Source of the DNA: the human T2T-CHM13v2.0 reference genome, Homo sapiens
Reading direction: 5' to 3' (one strand)
NCBI RefSeq assembly: GCF_009914755.1
Contig: NC_060947.1
Length of the DNA: 64,000 bases
The notes beneath the pieces were generated by a model. The model saw only the letters and a program-made list of their open reading frames with translations. It was not told where the DNA came from and did not search any database. Positions 1-14,185 of the stretch are shown here, piece after piece; the first letter of the stretch is position 1, and each line of letters opens with the position of its first letter. The translations under genes were made by a program, and so were the position numbers.

Positions 1-164
1 TTAACAATTTAAAGAAAGGGACATAACCAATACCTTTCTAAATAACTATTTAATCAAGTAAGAAAATTTATAGCTGTGACTATAGAACTCCATTAGGATA
101 GTGTATATAAAAATTTATGAGCCCACCCACCAGAGTATCTAAAATGAAATACAAAATAACAAGT

Positions 165-2180
165 TTTTTTTTCTCATTTTAAAATTATTTTTAATTTTTG
201 TGGGCATATAGTAGGTGTATATATTTATGGGGTATATGGGAATATTTTTATAAAGCATGCAATATATAATAATCACATCAGGGTAAATGGGGTATCTATT
301 ACCTCAACCATTTAACCTTTGTGTTATAAGCAATCCGATTACACTCTTCTAGTTATAAATGTATATTGTTGACTATAGTCACCCTGTTTTGCGATCAAAT
401 AGTGTGTCTTATTCATTTTTTCTAACTATTTTTTGGTACACATTAACCATCCCTACCTCCCACTGCAGCCCTGCACTACCCTTCTCAGCCTTTGGTAACC
501 ACCCTTCTACTCTCTTATCTCCATTCAATTGTTCAATTGTTTTGATTTTTAGATCCCACAAATAGGTGAGAACATATGATGTTTGTCTTTCTGTGCCTGG
601 CTTATTCGGTTAACATAATGATCTCCAGTTCCATCCATGCTGTTGCAAATGACAGGATCTCATCCTTCTTCATGGCTGAATAGTACTCCATTGTGTATAA
701 GCACCATACTTTCTTTTTAAATTTTTTTTATTATACTTTACATTCTGGGGTACATGTGCAGAACCTGCAGGTTTGTTACATAGGTATACACATGCCATGG
801 TGGTTTGCTGCACCCATCAACCCATCATCTACATTAGGTATTTCTCCTAATGCTATCCCTCCCCTAGCCCCCCACACCCCTACAGGCCCCCGTGTGTGAT
901 GTTCCCTGCCCTGTGTCCATGTGTTCTCATTGTTCAACTCCCACTTATGAGTGAGAACATGGCAGTGTTCGGTTTTCTGTTCTTGTGTTAGTTTGCTGAG
1001 AATGATGGTTTCCAGCATCATCCATGTCCCTGCAAAGGACATGAACTCATTCCTTTTTATGGCTGCATAGTATTCCATGGTGTATATGTGCCACATTTCC
1101 TTTATCCAGTCTATCGTTGATGGGCATTTGGGTTGGTTCGAAGTCTTTGCTGTTGTGAACAGTGTTGCAATAAACATACGTGTACATGTGTCTTTATAGT
1201 AGAATGATTTATAATCCTTTGGGTATATACCCAGTAATGGGATTGCTGGGTCAAATGGTATTCCTAGTTCTAGATCCTTGATGAATTGCCACACTGTCTT
1301 CTACAATGCTTGAACTAATTTACACTCCCACCAACAGTGTAAAAGCATTCCTATTTCTCCACATCATCTCCAGCATCCATTGTTTCCTGACATTTTAATG
1401 ATAGCCATTCTAACTGGCGTGAGGTGGTATCTCATTGTGGTTTTGATTTGTGTTTCTCTAATGACCAGTGATGATGAGCTTTTTTTCATATGTTTGTTGG
1501 CTGCATAAATGTCTTCTTTTGAGAAATGTCTGTTTATATCCTTCGCCCACTTTTTGACAGGGCTTTTTTTTCTCTTGTAAATGTGTTTAAGTTCTTTGTA
1601 GATTCTGGATATTAGCCCTTTGTCAGATGGATAGATTGCAAAAATTTTCTCCCATTCTTTAGATTGCCTGTTCACTCTGACGACAGTTTATTTTGCTGTG
1701 CTGGAGCTCTATAATTTAATCAGATCCCATTTGTCTATTTTGGCTTTTGTTGCCATTGCTTTCGGAAGTACCATATTTTCCTTATCCATTCATCTGTTGA
1801 TGGACACTTAGGTTGCTTCCAAATCTTCACTTTTGTAATTACTGCTCCAACAAATATAGGAGTACAGATATCTTTTTAATATACTGATTTCCTTTCTTTT
1901 GGATATATACCAAGCAGTGGGATTGATGGATTGTATCGTACGTCTATTTTCAGTTTTTTGAGGAACCTCCAAACTGCTCTCCATTCTGGTTGTACTAAGT
2001 TACATTTCCATCCTAATTTGCATTCCCATGAGAAGTTCATGAGGATTCCCCTTTCTCCATATATTCACCAGCATTTGTTATTGCCTCTCTTTTGGATATA
2101 AGCCCTTTTAACTAGGGTGAGATGACATCTCATTGTAGTTTTGATTTGCATTTCTCTGATGATCAATGATGTTGAGCAAG
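165..2180 (-). mobile_element. L1MA-type (L1MA2-like) LINE-1 3' fragment, split by an L1PA insertion
   Basis: Poly-T tail from 164 and L1MA 3' UTR motifs (AATCACATCAGGGTAAATGGGGTATC); resumes at 1766; TSD AAAATAACAAGT at 153-164 and 2181-2192. Confidence 0.85.
714..1765 (-). mobile_element. L1PA (approx. L1PA7/8) 5'-truncated LINE-1
   Basis: L1PA 3' UTR; ORFs 776-1294 and 1364-1675 translate to the ORF2p C-terminus ([23 protein letters not shown]); TSD AAGCACCATACTTTC 699-713 / AAGTACCATATTTTC 1766-1780. Confidence 0.92.
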
Positions 2181-2770
2181 AAAATAACAAGTATCGACAA
2201 AGACATAAAGCAAATAGTACTCCCACCCATTGCTGGTGGGAGTGAAATAGGGACAATCACTTTAGGGAATGGTTTGGCAGTATCTGATTAAGCTACCAAT
2301 ATGCCTCCCCTATGACATATGCTCACCAGCCCCCAAATGTAAACTTCCTATATACTCAATGTAGAATGCATAAATAAATTGTGGCATACTCACACAATTG
2401 AATACTATATAGTAGTATTCACAGAACAATCTACAATTATATAAAACAATATGGATGAAACTTATAAATATAATGTTGTGTGAAAGAAACCGGACACAAA
2501 TGCATACATTCTGTATAATTTCATTTACGCAAAGTACAAAACAGTCAAAAGTAATCTATGATGCTAGAAGTCAGAATAGTGATTACCTTGGTGGTAACGA
2601 CTAGAGAGTATCATGAAAAGGGCTTCTGGAATACTGGTTATGTTCTGTGTCTTGGACTGAAAACTGATTACATAAGTGTGTTGAGTTTATGAGAATTCGT
2701 CAAGCTATACATTTATAATCTCTGCACTTATGTATGTATATGATATTTTGATACAAAGTTAATTAAAAAC
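2181..2770 (+). mobile_element. Old L1ME 3' end (host of the nest; upstream part at about 121-164)
   Basis: Joining 121-164 to 2193 restores an L1ME-like end (CACCAGAGTATCTAAAATG...TGCTGGTGGGAGTG...GGTTTGGCAGTATC); GAAGTCAGAATAGTG and CAAGCTATACATTT motifs. Confidence 0.75.
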
Positions 2771-2809
2771 TTATGACTAGATTGACTATGCTTCTATGTT
2801 TATCTGAGA

Positions 2810-3800
2810 CAGATTTGAGAAAGAAAGAAATAGAAATTATGCAAATGAAAAATAAGATACCTGAACTTAGGAACTTAGGAGCTTGATGGACAGATTATCT
2901 TATAACTGATAAGAGAAAACTACATGTAAAGCTTCATGGAGAGATGAAAAATGGTGTGGTGGGGGGAGGTAAAAACATAGAGGGTAGAGTGGGAAACTCT
3001 ATTATATGTTTAACTGAAGTCCCAGAAGTCTACAGAGAAAAACGGAGGACAGAGAGAATATTAGGGGAGACCTTAACAGAGAATTGTTGATAATTAACTA
3101 AAGACATCAAACCACAGATTGAAGCATCCAAACTAATCCCAAATGGGATAAATGAAAATAAATCCATGCCTAGACACATGATAAGATTGTGGAATACCAA
3201 AACCAGTCATTAATCAGAGAAAGGATATGTTACTTTCAAGGAACAACAGATATGTCGACGTCTGAATACTCAAAGGCAACAATGGAAGTCAGGAGTCTGT
3301 GTAATAAAGTCTTTTATGAGATAAAAAATGTAACTGTCAATTATAGAATTCTATATCTAGCTAAAAAGAAATATCCTTTAAGAATGAAGGCAATATAAAA
3401 AACAGCCTGAGATAAATGAAAATCTCGGTGAGTTTGTCACAAAGAGAGCTGCAGGAAAGGTAACGCTAAAGCGTGTACTTTTGTGCAGCAGAAAGATGAT
3501 CCTAGATGTCAGGTCAGAGTGGATGAAAGGAATAAAGAGCAAGGATGTTAGTAAAACCTGGATAAATATAAATAAACATTGACAGCTTAAAATAAATAAT
3601 TATTATATAATAATGCCATAGTAAACAACTGAAAGCCAGTATAGGCAGGAAAGCATTAGTTAAGATAAAGAGGGCCACTTCATGATGATAAATGACAATG
3701 TTTGCTTTATATATTTTGATTCCATGTTACTGGACTATACAGTTTTAGACTTATTATATTTTCCTGGTGGGTTAAACCTTTTATTATTATGAAGTGACAT
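2810..3800 (+). mobile_element. Ancient L1M ORF1 to ORF2-start fragment
   Basis: AAGACATCAAACCACAGATT...AAATCCATGCCTAGACACAT ORF1-like motifs; endonuclease-region sequence near 3660-3800. Confidence 0.65.
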
Positions 3801-3829
3801 ATTGCCAGAGAAAATTTACTAAGTACAAT

Positions 3830-4470
3830 GATAGGGATGTGCGGAGAATACAAGGCAGCCTAGAGAGGTTCAGGAAATGAGGGATGGTTAAAGAACAATG
3901 ACTGGTCAGCCTTTCTGAAGGAAGTTATATCTGAACTAATTCTCAAAAGATCATAAAGGAGTTAGTCAGGCAAAGTAGGACATGCCAAACAAAGATGATA
4001 GCATGAGCAAGGCATAAATGCAAGAAACAGCAAATTTGCTAGGAGCGTGAATTGTGAGGAAGGAAAGAAGGAAGGAAGAAAAAAAGGAAGGAAGGAAGGA
4101 AGAGTAGGATATGAAAGCAGATAAATAGGAGGAAACAAAATATAAAAGTTTTATGTCAATCTAAGAACCTTGGAATTAATCCTGTAAGCAATAGAAAACC
4201 ATTTAATAGTTAACATGGTGGGGATAGGGTGGGGGCAGAGTGACAAGGTCATACTATATTTCAGAAGGATCACTATAGTAGTTGTCTGGAGGACAGAGTG
4301 GAGTAGGGCAAAGTAGACACAGATAAATTTGTTTTGGAGACATTGTAATTATTCTGACCACAGATGATGGTGACATGAACTCAGGTAGTATTAGTGAGGA
4401 TGAAAAGAAAACACATACAAGTAAAATTATATAGGCATTCACGAAATATTTTTTGAAAGAATGGATGTGA
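3830..4470 (-). mobile_element. L2 fragment
   Basis: Purine-rich antisense L2 motifs (CTTTCTGAAGGAAGTTATATCTGAACT, AGGAGTTAGTCAGGC, AGGATCACT). Confidence 0.6.
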
Positions 4471-4499
4471 TTATCTCAAGCAATATCCCCCTAAAACAG

Positions 4500-4835
4500 T
4501 TCATTGGATAATTCCACTTCTAAGAATTTATCCTAAGATTAATTAGAATTATTCACAAAGATTTATGCAGAAGATATTCTGTGTAAACAGTGCCGAATTA
4601 GATTTTTAAAATATTGAAAATAACCTACAGGTCCAACAGTAGAAAAATGGTTAAATAAATTACAGTAGAGCCCTAAAGTTAAATATTATGTAGTATTAAA
4701 AAGGGTTTTCAAAAGACACTTAATGACAAGGAGAAATTCTTAAAATATAAGCAGAATGAAAGCAAGACACAAAATTGTTTATAATGCAGTATCAATTTTA
4801 GAAAAGATACATTTTTGAATATACGTGAAAACATT
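4500..4835 (+). mobile_element. L1ME-type 3' fragment
   Basis: AATTCCACTTCTAAGAATTTATCCTAAG and AAATGGTTAAATAAATTA motifs; appears to continue after the MLT1D. Confidence 0.55.
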
Positions 4836-4837
4836 TG

Positions 4838-5335
4838 TGTGGTGGGCAGAATAATGCCCCCCTTCCCAAAGATGTCCATGCCCTGATTCCCAAAGCCTGT
4901 GAATATATTACCTTACATGGCAAAAGGAACTTTGCAGATATGATTATGTTTAAGGACCTTGAGATGAGGAAATTCTCCTGGCTTATTTCTGTGGGTTCAA
5001 TCTAATTACACTGGTCCTCACAAGTCGAGAATCTTACCTGGCTGTGGTCAGAGGGAGATGCTTCTATTGAAGAAAGTCACGGAAAGTTGCAGCTTCGCTG
5101 CCTTTGAAAATAGAGAAAGGAGACTATTAGCCAAGGAATGCTTAAAAAGGCAAGGAAATGAATTCTCTCGTAGAACTTCCAGAAAGGAATGCAGCTATGA
5201 CAACACCTTGATTTTAGCCCAGTAAGCCCTCCATCAGACTTTGGACCTACAGGACTGTAAGATAATAAATTTGTGTTGTTCCAAGTTACTAAATTTGTGG
5301 TAATTGGTTATGGTCTCAAATAGAAAACTAAAGTA
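4838..5335 (+). mobile_element. MLT1D-like solo LTR (MaLR)
   Basis: Starts TGTGGTGGGCAGAATAATG...CCCAAAGATGTCCATG; ends AATAAATTTGTGTTG...AGAAAACTAA; imperfect 5-bp TSD ATTTG/CTTTG. Confidence 0.85.
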
Positions 5336-5489
5336 CTTTGAAAAAAATAACACCAAGAAGAGTGTTACTGGAGCGACCGTCTCGGGGTGGTAGAATTCTA
5401 GGTGATTTTTACTATAATGATAATGGTTTTGGGTATGTTCTTTATCATCTAGAGTGGAAGGGAGGGACAGAGGGAGAAAATTGGTAGTC

Positions 5490-5660
5490 TTCTCTAATCT
5501 TGTGTATAAAATCTTATGCACATTCAATTATTTCCTCTACATGAATTTCTTGAAGTGGAATTACTGAGTCAAAGGCTACACACATTTTTAAGCTCCTTGA
5601 AAATTCAATGGCAGATTCCTTTCCGAAATATTGTACCAATTTGTACACCTGACCAATATT
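5490..5660 (-). mobile_element. Short L1ME fragment
   Basis: GAAGTGGAATTACTGAGTCAAAGG and TTGTACCAATTT antisense L1 motifs. Confidence 0.5.
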
Positions 5661-7914
5661 TCTTTTCCCTGAAATTTTGGTGAATTTGTCATGCTGGTTT
5701 TCTTTTATTCACTTTATGACCCCCAAATAAATAAATTAATTAAACACTACTAAATACAAAGCCAAGAAAAAGGAAGCTAAACCTGAAATACAAGTTGAAT
5801 ACTGTATTTTCAAGTTACCTTGTAACATGCATACTTGGGCCCACTTCACCTTATAGAGCCTGCTCAGCGGTACTTCTTAAGCCACTCTAAGTTCTATGAC
5901 TCCAGTTCATTATTACTTGCTTTCTCATTACTCTGTTGAAATTCAGAAGGGCCAACAGCTTCTTCAAGGTTTAATAGTCATTCTGGAACACCCTAAAGTG
6001 CCCCTCCTTCTAAAGAGACATTTCTTTGGCATAACCTCCCTTGTAGCCTTTTTTTCCCTTTCCTGCATCACGCCTCTCTCCCTGAGATTCTCTCTGTAAC
6101 ACGTTTCCAAAATAAGTGTTTAAGTACCTGAATCTTTAACAAGTCTGTATTTTGCTAGGATTGAATCTTCACTTTGCCTGTGGGGGGAGGACATCATTCT
6201 TCAGCTGATTCCAATCAAGACACTCAGGCTGGTAAATAACATTAAGGTGTGTCTTTAAAGGACAGATTAAATTTCAAAATAGAAACAAAATCTATGTGAC
6301 CCTTATTATTTGCTGCACAGTGTTCCTGAAAACTATTATAAACTGAATTAAATTTTTTGTAGAAACAATTATTATTGGGTTCAATAACTGCACTAAGGAT
6401 TCAGTAGCTAAAAAATGATAGCTTTAAGCAATGATATATAATAAATATTTTTGTCTTACAAATGTTTTCTAAAACATGTATTTAACACGCAAAAAATGCA
6501 GCTTCACTATCCTATGTCAATCAAAGGTGTGAAAAATACATTACATATTCCACATTTAATTAATAACATTTTCATGTCTTTTTAGAATTCAGAAGACACA
6601 TAAGGGAATGATTTAGATAACCCAGTTGTCTTTTAAAAAGCTGTCCAAGTAATTTTTAACTGATGTCTTCTTTTTCTCTTGATATATCTCCCAACACGAA
6701 GCAGTGACATTTAAAATCATTCCTCTGACCTTAGAACTACTCTCAAAGTACTAAGTACTCAACAAATGTTTCTTGTTGATGATGATGATTGCATTCATCA
6801 GACCAAAAAACATTTTCAAGCGTAAGGGCTGACCCACCATTTCTCCCTTTCACCCTCTCTTACCTCCCACAGTTTATTCAAAGCTACAGACAGAGCTAGT
6901 CAACCTTGGAGTGAAGTAATATCACGAGGAAGCACAAAGTGTTGTTAAGTCATTTCTTTTAATCACCCTTTGCTGCCACAGTGGTAGATTGCCAGCTCTA
7001 TTCAATGTGATTATTTCGGCCTGACTACCCTACTATAGAAGATTTGAGCAGCCTACCCTGTAACCTCTGATCTTGTTCCTCTCTGAATCTCAATCCAGAG
7101 GAAACCCCTTTCCCTAAACAAACAACAAACAAAAACAGAACACTAGGTAGACTAGCTGTTAGCAATCTGAGAAATAGAAAATGTTTTCTATACAACCATC
7201 ATTGTTAATTGATACAGTCCAATGCCCAATAACTTACCCATTTATGAGATGTTTATCAACAAGCTACTATGAAAGATACAAAAACTGTAAAATTATTTTT
7301 TAAGATGCATCCTGAGCAATTCACATTTTGTTAAGGGTTTTTTAAAAGCAAACAAACCAATCTACCAGGTTATGAGCATCATCTTTTAAAAAGGCGCTTT
7401 CAGCATTGTCTTATTTGAAAAGACAGGCATAAAACAGTATCTGATTGTGCTGGAGACTGTGGAAAACACTGAATAAGGGGATAAATTTGAGCAGAAATAA
7501 TGTTTGAGCCTTTGAAGCAAAGGCAACGTTGAAAGAAAGAGGTAGTGCATTGTACAACTTTGAATCCCACATCTTCATCCTCTTAGCAGATGCCTTGATT
7601 CCTTGTTTTGTTAAATAAAAGTAAGCTCTCCCTTGTCTCTGAAATTTCTCAATGTCACCCATTCAATTGTCCTTCTTACCTACTTCAATGCAAGAAAGAA
7701 GCCCATCTCATTCAATTCCACTCTTTCCAGAACTATGGAAATTTGTCTACTTCCATTTCACGCCCACATTTCCTACATCTTCAATCTCTTCCCTGCACTA
7801 GCTTATTCTGCTTAGCTTTTAAGCATGATCAAGTCTTCTCATATGCTAAAAAACAATAAAACACCAAAATGCCCTATCTTAATTCTGTGACTTCTTTTAA
7901 GGTGCTTATTCTTA

Positions 7915-8169
7915 AGCTAGAACTTACTGAGCTCTCACTATGTTCCAAGCAACTGTTCCTAACTCAAACTCTTTACATGAGTTATTTCATTTTATCCTCA
8001 CATCAACCTTACGAGGTAAGTAATATTATTCCCAATTGACAGAGCAAACTGAGGCTTCTGAGCTTAAGCAACTTACCCAAAATCATGCAAGTATTTAGTG
8101 GTGGAGTTGGAATTTGAATCCATAACTAACTCCAAATTCTAAGCTCTTAAGCTCTTAAACACTGCACTG
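7915..8169 (-). mobile_element. MIR SINE
   Basis: TTACTGAGCTCTCACTATG...ATCCTCACATCAACC...GCAAACTGAGGCT...AAGCAACTTACCCAA core. Confidence 0.8.
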
Positions 8170-8723
8170 GGATACATGTGCTATTTCTTTCTCTCTCTCC
8201 CCCTCTCTCTCCTTCCCTCCCTTATGTCCTTCTTCATTCCCCCTTTTCTTTCATTATTCTCTTTTTCAAAAGAATACACATAGCCTCTATGCTTCCCTAC
8301 CTCACTCATTACGTTCTGGCAATGATTTTTGCTTCTACAACTACATTACAATCACTCTATCAAATAATCTTTTAATCATCAAATTTGACCTTTTCTTTCC
8401 CTGTCATTTTTCAGGACTCATCTTTTACCTTTCTAGAGCATTTAACACAGATGAAAATATCATTGTTTTTCATATTCTTTTTTCCCTTGACTGCAGTAAC
8501 ATTGTACAATCCCAGCCCTAATTTGACCTGTCCAAAAATTCATTTGTTCATTCACTTATTCATCTACTCATTCATTCAATAAATATTTATTACAAATTTA
8601 TCTTGTGTTGGGCCTTGTTCTGTGTGCTAAGAATACCACCACGTAGAAGACAAAGTTTCTGCCCTCAGAGAGCTTACATTTTAGTGGAGGGTGAGAGGCA
8701 ATAAACAAAATTGTTAAAAAGAG

Positions 8724-9086
8724 TGTATTAGTCCATTTTCACGCTGCTGATAAATACATACCTGAGACTAGGTAATTTATAAAGAAAAAGAGGTTTAAAT
8801 GGACTCACAGTTCCACGTGGCTGGGGAGGCCTCACAATCAGGGTAGAAGGCAAAAGGCACGTCTTACATGGCAGCAAACAAAAGAGATTGAGAGCCAAGT
8901 GAAAGGGGTTTCGTCTTAGAAAGCCATAAGATCCCGTGAGACTTTTTCACTACCACAAGAACAGTATAGGGGAAACTGCCCCCATGATTCAGTTATCTCC
9001 CACCAGGTCCCTCCCACAACACGTGGGAATTATGGGAGCAAAAATTCAAGATGAGATTTGGTTGAGGACACAGCCAAATCATATCA
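8724..9086 (-). mobile_element. THE1B-like solo LTR
   Basis: TGTATTAGTCCATTTTCACGCTGCTGATAAA...GACACAGCCAAATCATATCA; perfect TSD AAGAG (8719-8723, 9087-9091). Confidence 0.9.
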
Positions 9087-9435
9087 AAGAGCAAAATATA
9101 TGATGTGTTATTAAAAAAGAAGTGTGTCTGGGCTGAGGAACTGCAAATACAAAGTTTTTGACGTAGAAACAGCATGGAAGCCATTGTAGCTGGAACACAG
9201 TAAGTGGGAGGAGAGAGGTAGGTCAGTGGCCAGAGAGGTAAGCTGAGGCCAAATCATGTAGGGCTTTATAGAACATATGAGGAGTTTGGATTTTGCTTGG
9301 GGTGAGATGGAAAGTCATTGGAAGATTTGAGCAAAGTAGTAAACAAAATATGACTTTTAAGTAATCACTTTGTCTACTGTGTTGCCAACAGACTGAAGGA
9401 GGACGAAGGTAGAAGCAGAAAGATCAATTCTGTCA

Positions 9436-9757
<322 letters not shown>

Positions 9758-11035
9758 TCAGTGAGAAAGGATTATGATTTGGAATGTGTTAACAGTGGAG
9801 GTTGTGACATGTGACTGAATTGGAGATACAGTTTGAAGGTAGTCCTAGTAGGGTGTACTAACAGATCAACTGTGGAGTATGAGATGAGGAGAGAAGTCCA
9901 GAGTTTTGGTCTGAGTTTGAGGAAATCCAGGTGTGGTGGAAACTGAAAATTATACAAGTTGTGAATACAAAATTACATATAAAAATAAAGTATGAAAGTA
10001 AATATTTCTTTTGAATGTGTAGTGGCCTGCCTTCCAGATGGCCCCTAATGATCTTGACTATTCTCTCTCATGAGAGATCCTGAGCTGAAACCACCTAGCT
10101 AAATCATTCCTGAATTCCTGACCCACAAAACTGTGTGAGATAGTAAATGTTTATATTTTAAGACATTACATTTTGGAGGAGCAATGTTTTTTAATGCAAG
10201 AAAATATATCTAGAAAAACTTTTGGTGCCAGGAATGGAGTGCTACCATAATAAAAACTTAAAATATGGAGAAGCTTTGGAACTAGTAGTGAGAAGAAGCT
10301 GGAAGGATTTTGAGGAGATGTTAGTAAAGATGTAAGGAACATGAAAGAGACTTAGCAGAATCTTGATGGACATTAAGGAAGCTGAAGATGAGGTCTTAAA
10401 GGAAAGTAGGAAAATGTTATTGAAAACTGGAAGAAAGGGGATCCTTGTTATACAAGTGTTGAAAGTTAAGCAACACTGTCACCTATGTAATGTGGAAAGT
10501 AGAAAATATAGTACCTGAAGAACTGCATGATCTAGCTATGGAGATTTTCAGGCAGAATGTTGAGGGGGTCTCCTGGTTTCTTCTTGCTGTTTACAACAAA
10601 ATATGAGAAAAGAGTGGTAAGCTTCAGGAAGGACTGTAAAACAAAATGGAGCCAGGCTTGCTGGTTTTGAAAATTTCCAGCCTCTCCAGATGGCAGACAT
10701 TATTGAAATTAAGAAATTGCTTTGGGGCAAGTATCAAATCCAGGTCACAGTCAGAAAAACAGAGTACAAAAGAAAAGCTCAGAATGTCTGTAAAATTCTT
10801 TAAGACCTTAAAAAAATGCAAAATAGTGCCTCAGAGATCCATTTAGTTAAACAATACGACTTCCAAGAGGTTGAAGATTGTTGTCCCTCGAGAGTCTCAG
10901 TAGAAGCTCAGGGTAGAAAAAGGCTTATCTTGAGGAGATTTTGTTCCATGGAGTGAACCCCCCAAAATATTCATAGGATATATGCAAAGTTTGAAAAATA
11001 ATTATTTGAAAGAAACACTGCTAGCTTGCATTTAA

Positions 11036-11333
<298 letters not shown>

Positions 11334-11631
11334 TGGACACTAAAACTTCTACAGACAGGGAAGCAGGTTGAGAAAACTGTGCAGCTGAAAACATGGACTC
11401 AGGGCAGAACCAAGAGCACAGGAGGCAGAGCCAAGGGCCGTGCCAAATAATTTCTGGGCGGGAGTAGCACCAAAGCCTAATAAAGGAACTTCCAGCATTT
11501 GCCCAGCTACATTTCAGAATTTCTTTGGACCAGTGTACCTCCTGTTTTCCTCCCTCTTAAGCAAGAGTGTCTGTAGTGGCTATCATAGCTATGCCTCTCC
11601 CACTATTGTACACTGGATGTGTGGAGGGCAG

Positions 11632-12020
11632 TTATATGGTTTGGCTCTGTGCCTCCACCCAAATCTCATCTCAAATTATAATCCCCACATGTCGAGGGAG
11701 GGACTTGGTGAGAGGTGATTGGTCATGGGGGCGGTTTCCCCCATGCTGTTCTCTGATAGTGAGGGAGTTCTCATGAGATCTGGTTGTTTGATAAGTGTCT
11801 GGTACCTCCCCTCTTCGCTCTCTTTCGCTCTCTCTCGCTCTCTCTTTCTCAAAACCTGAAAGGTGTTTGCTTACCTTTCGCCTTCCACCATGATTGTAAG
11901 TTTCCTGAGGCCTGCTAGTCATGCTTCTTGTGGAACTGTGAGTCAATTAAACCTCTTTCCTTTATAATTACCCAGTCTCAGGTAATATTCTTTATAGCAG
12001 TGTGAAAATGGACTAATAAC
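11632..12020 (+). mobile_element. THE1D/MST-like solo LTR
   Basis: ATATGGTTTGGCTCTGTG...CCACCCAAATCTCATC...GTGTGAAAATGGACTAATA; TSD GGCAG at 11627-11631 and 12021-12025. Confidence 0.88.
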
Positions 12021-13652
12021 GGCAGGTAGGTTTTCTCTTTAGTTGACAGGTCTTTGGAGCAAGAAAAAGTATTTACGAGGGTCTGTACTTAAGAAACTGT
12101 AATAGAGGAGCCTCATCTACACCAGGGCATGATTTAGATCAGGTGATTCCAGGCTCTGAGCTAATGTTGGAATGATATTATACTTTTTGGGACTTGGGAG
12201 AGAGTGAGTGTATTTTTCATATGGGAGGGGCATAAATCTGTGGTGGCCAGAGGGAGGACTGTGGTAGCAGGTCTCCAAACTGATCTTTAGTGATTCTTCT
12301 GTCCTGGTATTTATGCTCTAGTGTGGTCCCTTCACACCCTGAATAGGACTGGTCTGTGTAACCAGTACAATAGTGCAGAAATGACAGTATGTGACTGCTG
12401 AGGTTAAATTATAAAAGACATTGTGACTTTTACCTTGCTATTTTTGGGATCTCTCACTTTTGGGGAAGTCAGCTGTCATGCTGTAAATAACCCTATTGAG
12501 CACTCCACATGGGTAGAAATAAAGATCTCCTACCAACAACCAGCAGAATTTGCCAGTCATGTGAATGAGTCATTGTGGGAGTGGATCCTCCAGCTTCAGT
12601 CAAGTCTTCAGATAACTGCAGCCCGGGCCAACATCTTAACTGCAGCCTCGTGAGAGACTCTGAATGAAAACTACCAACTTAAGATTCTTTGAAATTCTTG
12701 ATCCACAGATAGCATAAAATAATACCTGGTTTAGTAAGTTAAAACACTAGATTTTAGGGTAATTTGTTATACAACATGAAACCTTAGGTGGGTCCGTGAA
12801 AGTAATTTGTGATAGACAACTGTTACAGAATGACACATGATATCAAAATAAATCATTTATTTTTAAAAAAGCTGACACAAATCTAAGAACATAACATAAT
12901 ACTTTTATTAATTAACTGCCTAGTACACCAGTATCCTATTTTTTTCTATAGTTTTTGTCTGCATATTCTTTGAAAAAAAGACAATATTCTTTCTAGCATG
13001 GTTACTCAATTTTTTATTACTCTTAGTTTTCACACTTTTTTTTCAGCTTCACAACATGTTATTGGTAATGTCATGTACAGTTTCAGCATTTTTGTTGAAT
13101 TTGGGAAACCTATCAAATTTATTTAATTTATGTGAAGCATGAGTTCAGAGTACTTCAAATTTTTTTTGTACAGTGAGTAATATTAAATATTATATGAATA
13201 GATGATACTCATTAACCAGTTTTGAGTCAATGTGCTTGTTGTAGTGGAACTATTATGAGTTTCATATTATCTTCATCAATGACAGTACATTGTGTCAAAT
13301 CAGCAAGAAATTTGAATCTTTTTCCAATTTATTCATATGATTCACTTCTCTTCACTATTTGGATTCTTAAACACTCCAAGAACCTATTCATTACTTCTAT
13401 TCAAAATGTATCTCTTCTTAATGAATTACTGCTTTTGGCATAATCTGGAAAAATGTTTCATTTCTCAATGTCAGAATAATTTTTATTGATTCAATCACTC
13501 ATCTTTATCACTTTTGCTTCATGTTTCATTAATTTTTTATCTGAATTTTCTCTGTGCTTTAATAAATATACTTAAAGATGACAAAAGAAGTACCTTTCGT
13601 ATTCGGCCAAATCAGGAGTCTGTAAATTTTCACTTGTTTTACTGAAACTTTC

Positions 13653-14185
13653 TGTGATGGTTAATTTTACATGTCAACTTGACTGGGCTATGGGATGCCC
13701 AGATAGCTGCTAAAACATTATTTCTCACTGTGTCTGTGAGGGTGTTTCTGGAGGAGATTAGCATTTGGATCAATAGACTCTGTAAAGAAGGTCTGCCCTC
13801 ACCAATGTGGGTGGACATCATCTTATCCATTGAGGGCCTAAATAGAACAAAGCTCTCTCTTCTTGAGCATGGACATTCATTTTTCTCTGCCTTCAGATAT
13901 CAGAGCTCCTGGTTCTTAGATCTTTGGACTTCAGGAATTATATGGATGACACACCTCCAACCTCAGACTGGGAGTTACACCATCACCTCCCCTGGTTCTC
14001 AGGCCTTTGGATTCAAAACTGCATTACACACCACTGGCTCTTCTGGTTTTCTAACTTGCAGAGGGCATATCATGGGACTTATTGATTTCTATAATTGTGT
14101 GAGTTCAGTTCCATAATAAATCTCCTCATATATACCTATATATATCTTATTGGTTCTGATTCTCTGGAGAATGCTGACTAAAATA
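13653..14185 (+). mobile_element. MLT2 (MLT2D-like) ERVL solo LTR
   Basis: TGTGATGGTTAATTTTACATGTCAACTTGACTGGGCT...TCTCTGGAGAATGCTGACTAA; perfect TSD CTTTC. Confidence 0.88.

Noticed and set aside
776-1675. 172-aa and 103-aa ORFs as a gene
   Set aside because: They are the broken C-terminus of L1 ORF2p plus read-through into the L1 3' UTR
13679-14116. 145-aa ORF
   Set aside because: Lies entirely within the MLT2 LTR; chance frame
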